From the NCBI GenBank assembly GCA_013239625.1, contig MU054220.1:5750626-5814625 (forward strand): 64,000 nt of DNA, written 5' to 3'. The position numbers and the translations under genes are program-made. Positions 63,262 to 64,000 of this stretch are shown one piece after another (positions within the stretch are counted from its first letter, which is position 1; each line of letters starts with the position of its first letter). The stretch is from Lama guanicoe. Its lineage: Eukaryota. The notes below the pieces were generated by a model that ran no database searches, was not told the DNA's origin, and saw only the letters and a program-made list of their open reading frames with translations.

Positions 63262-64000
63262 ATAACACAGAGGGTAGGGGAGCCAACCCTCATACAGCTG
63301 AAAATCTGCGTATAACTTTTGACTTCTCCCAAATCTAACTATTAATAGCTTACTATTGACTGGAAGCCCCACTGATGACATAAACAGTTGATTAACGCAT
63401 AGTTTGTATATGTATTTTATACCATATTCTTACAATAAAGTAAGCAAAAGAAAATATTAAGGAAATCATAAAGAAGAGAAATACATTTATAGTATTGTAT
63501 GTATATATTGATACCGTAAGTTTAAGTCATCTGTTTACAAGATAACTAGTCTGTTTTTCAGTACCTATATCAAAATTTTCTTATATGATACAAAACACTG
63601 TAGATCTTACACATATTTCTAATATTAAACATCAAAAATGAAAGGATAATGTGAGAAGAAATTCATATTTATTTACAGGTATAACAATTCATGCATTGAT
63701 AACTAAGAAGCATCGATATGATTGCTTCATGGTAGCCTAGCCTATACACTGATGAATGAATTGTATACAATTTTTACAGCATAAAGTGTTACAGTCATAT
63801 TCATAATACAATATTGGAAACATCATTATGTTTAAAAAAGAACACTTTCCTATAATGATAGGCTGATAATTAGTTTCTCCAACTACAAAAGAGGCATATT
63901 ATACAGTAATGTAATTCTTTGAAAGCCAAGTAATAAAACAGTTAGAAAACTAACATTATTAATTTTATATTAAATATCATTCACTTTATACCTATGTAAG
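63262..64000. mobile_element. Tigger2 (TcMar) element, runs off the window
   Basis: gaaaatctgcgtataacttttgact...aatagcttactattgactggaagcc...ttcttacaataaagtaagc. Confidence 0.85.

Overview
AT-rich eutherian genomic DNA, most likely camelid (alpaca/camel). That call rests on a tRNA-derived SINE and L1 3' ends that I recall as camelid families, and was not checked by database search. The window is intronic or intergenic and dense in transposon relics: MIR, L2, old L1M, MaLR/ERVL and ERV1 solo LTRs, hAT-Charlie, Tigger2, and younger lineage L1 pieces with readable target-site duplications (TSDs). I found no recognisable host protein-coding gene, RNA gene, CpG island or CRISPR-like array. The only protein-like sequences are decayed L1 ORF2 (FADD RT motif) and a hAT transposase C-terminus. 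I cannot support a new biological system here. The best second-look items are a small inversion splitting an MLT1 LTR, nested and 5'-inverted L1s, a tail-only A-rich insertion, a triple 12-mer/octamer cluster, tandem E-boxes in a Charlie relic, a possible single-pass micropeptide ORF, an AmnSINE1-like trace and several unverified splice-site pairs. Family names come from recalled consensus sequences, and boundaries of old repeats are approximate.
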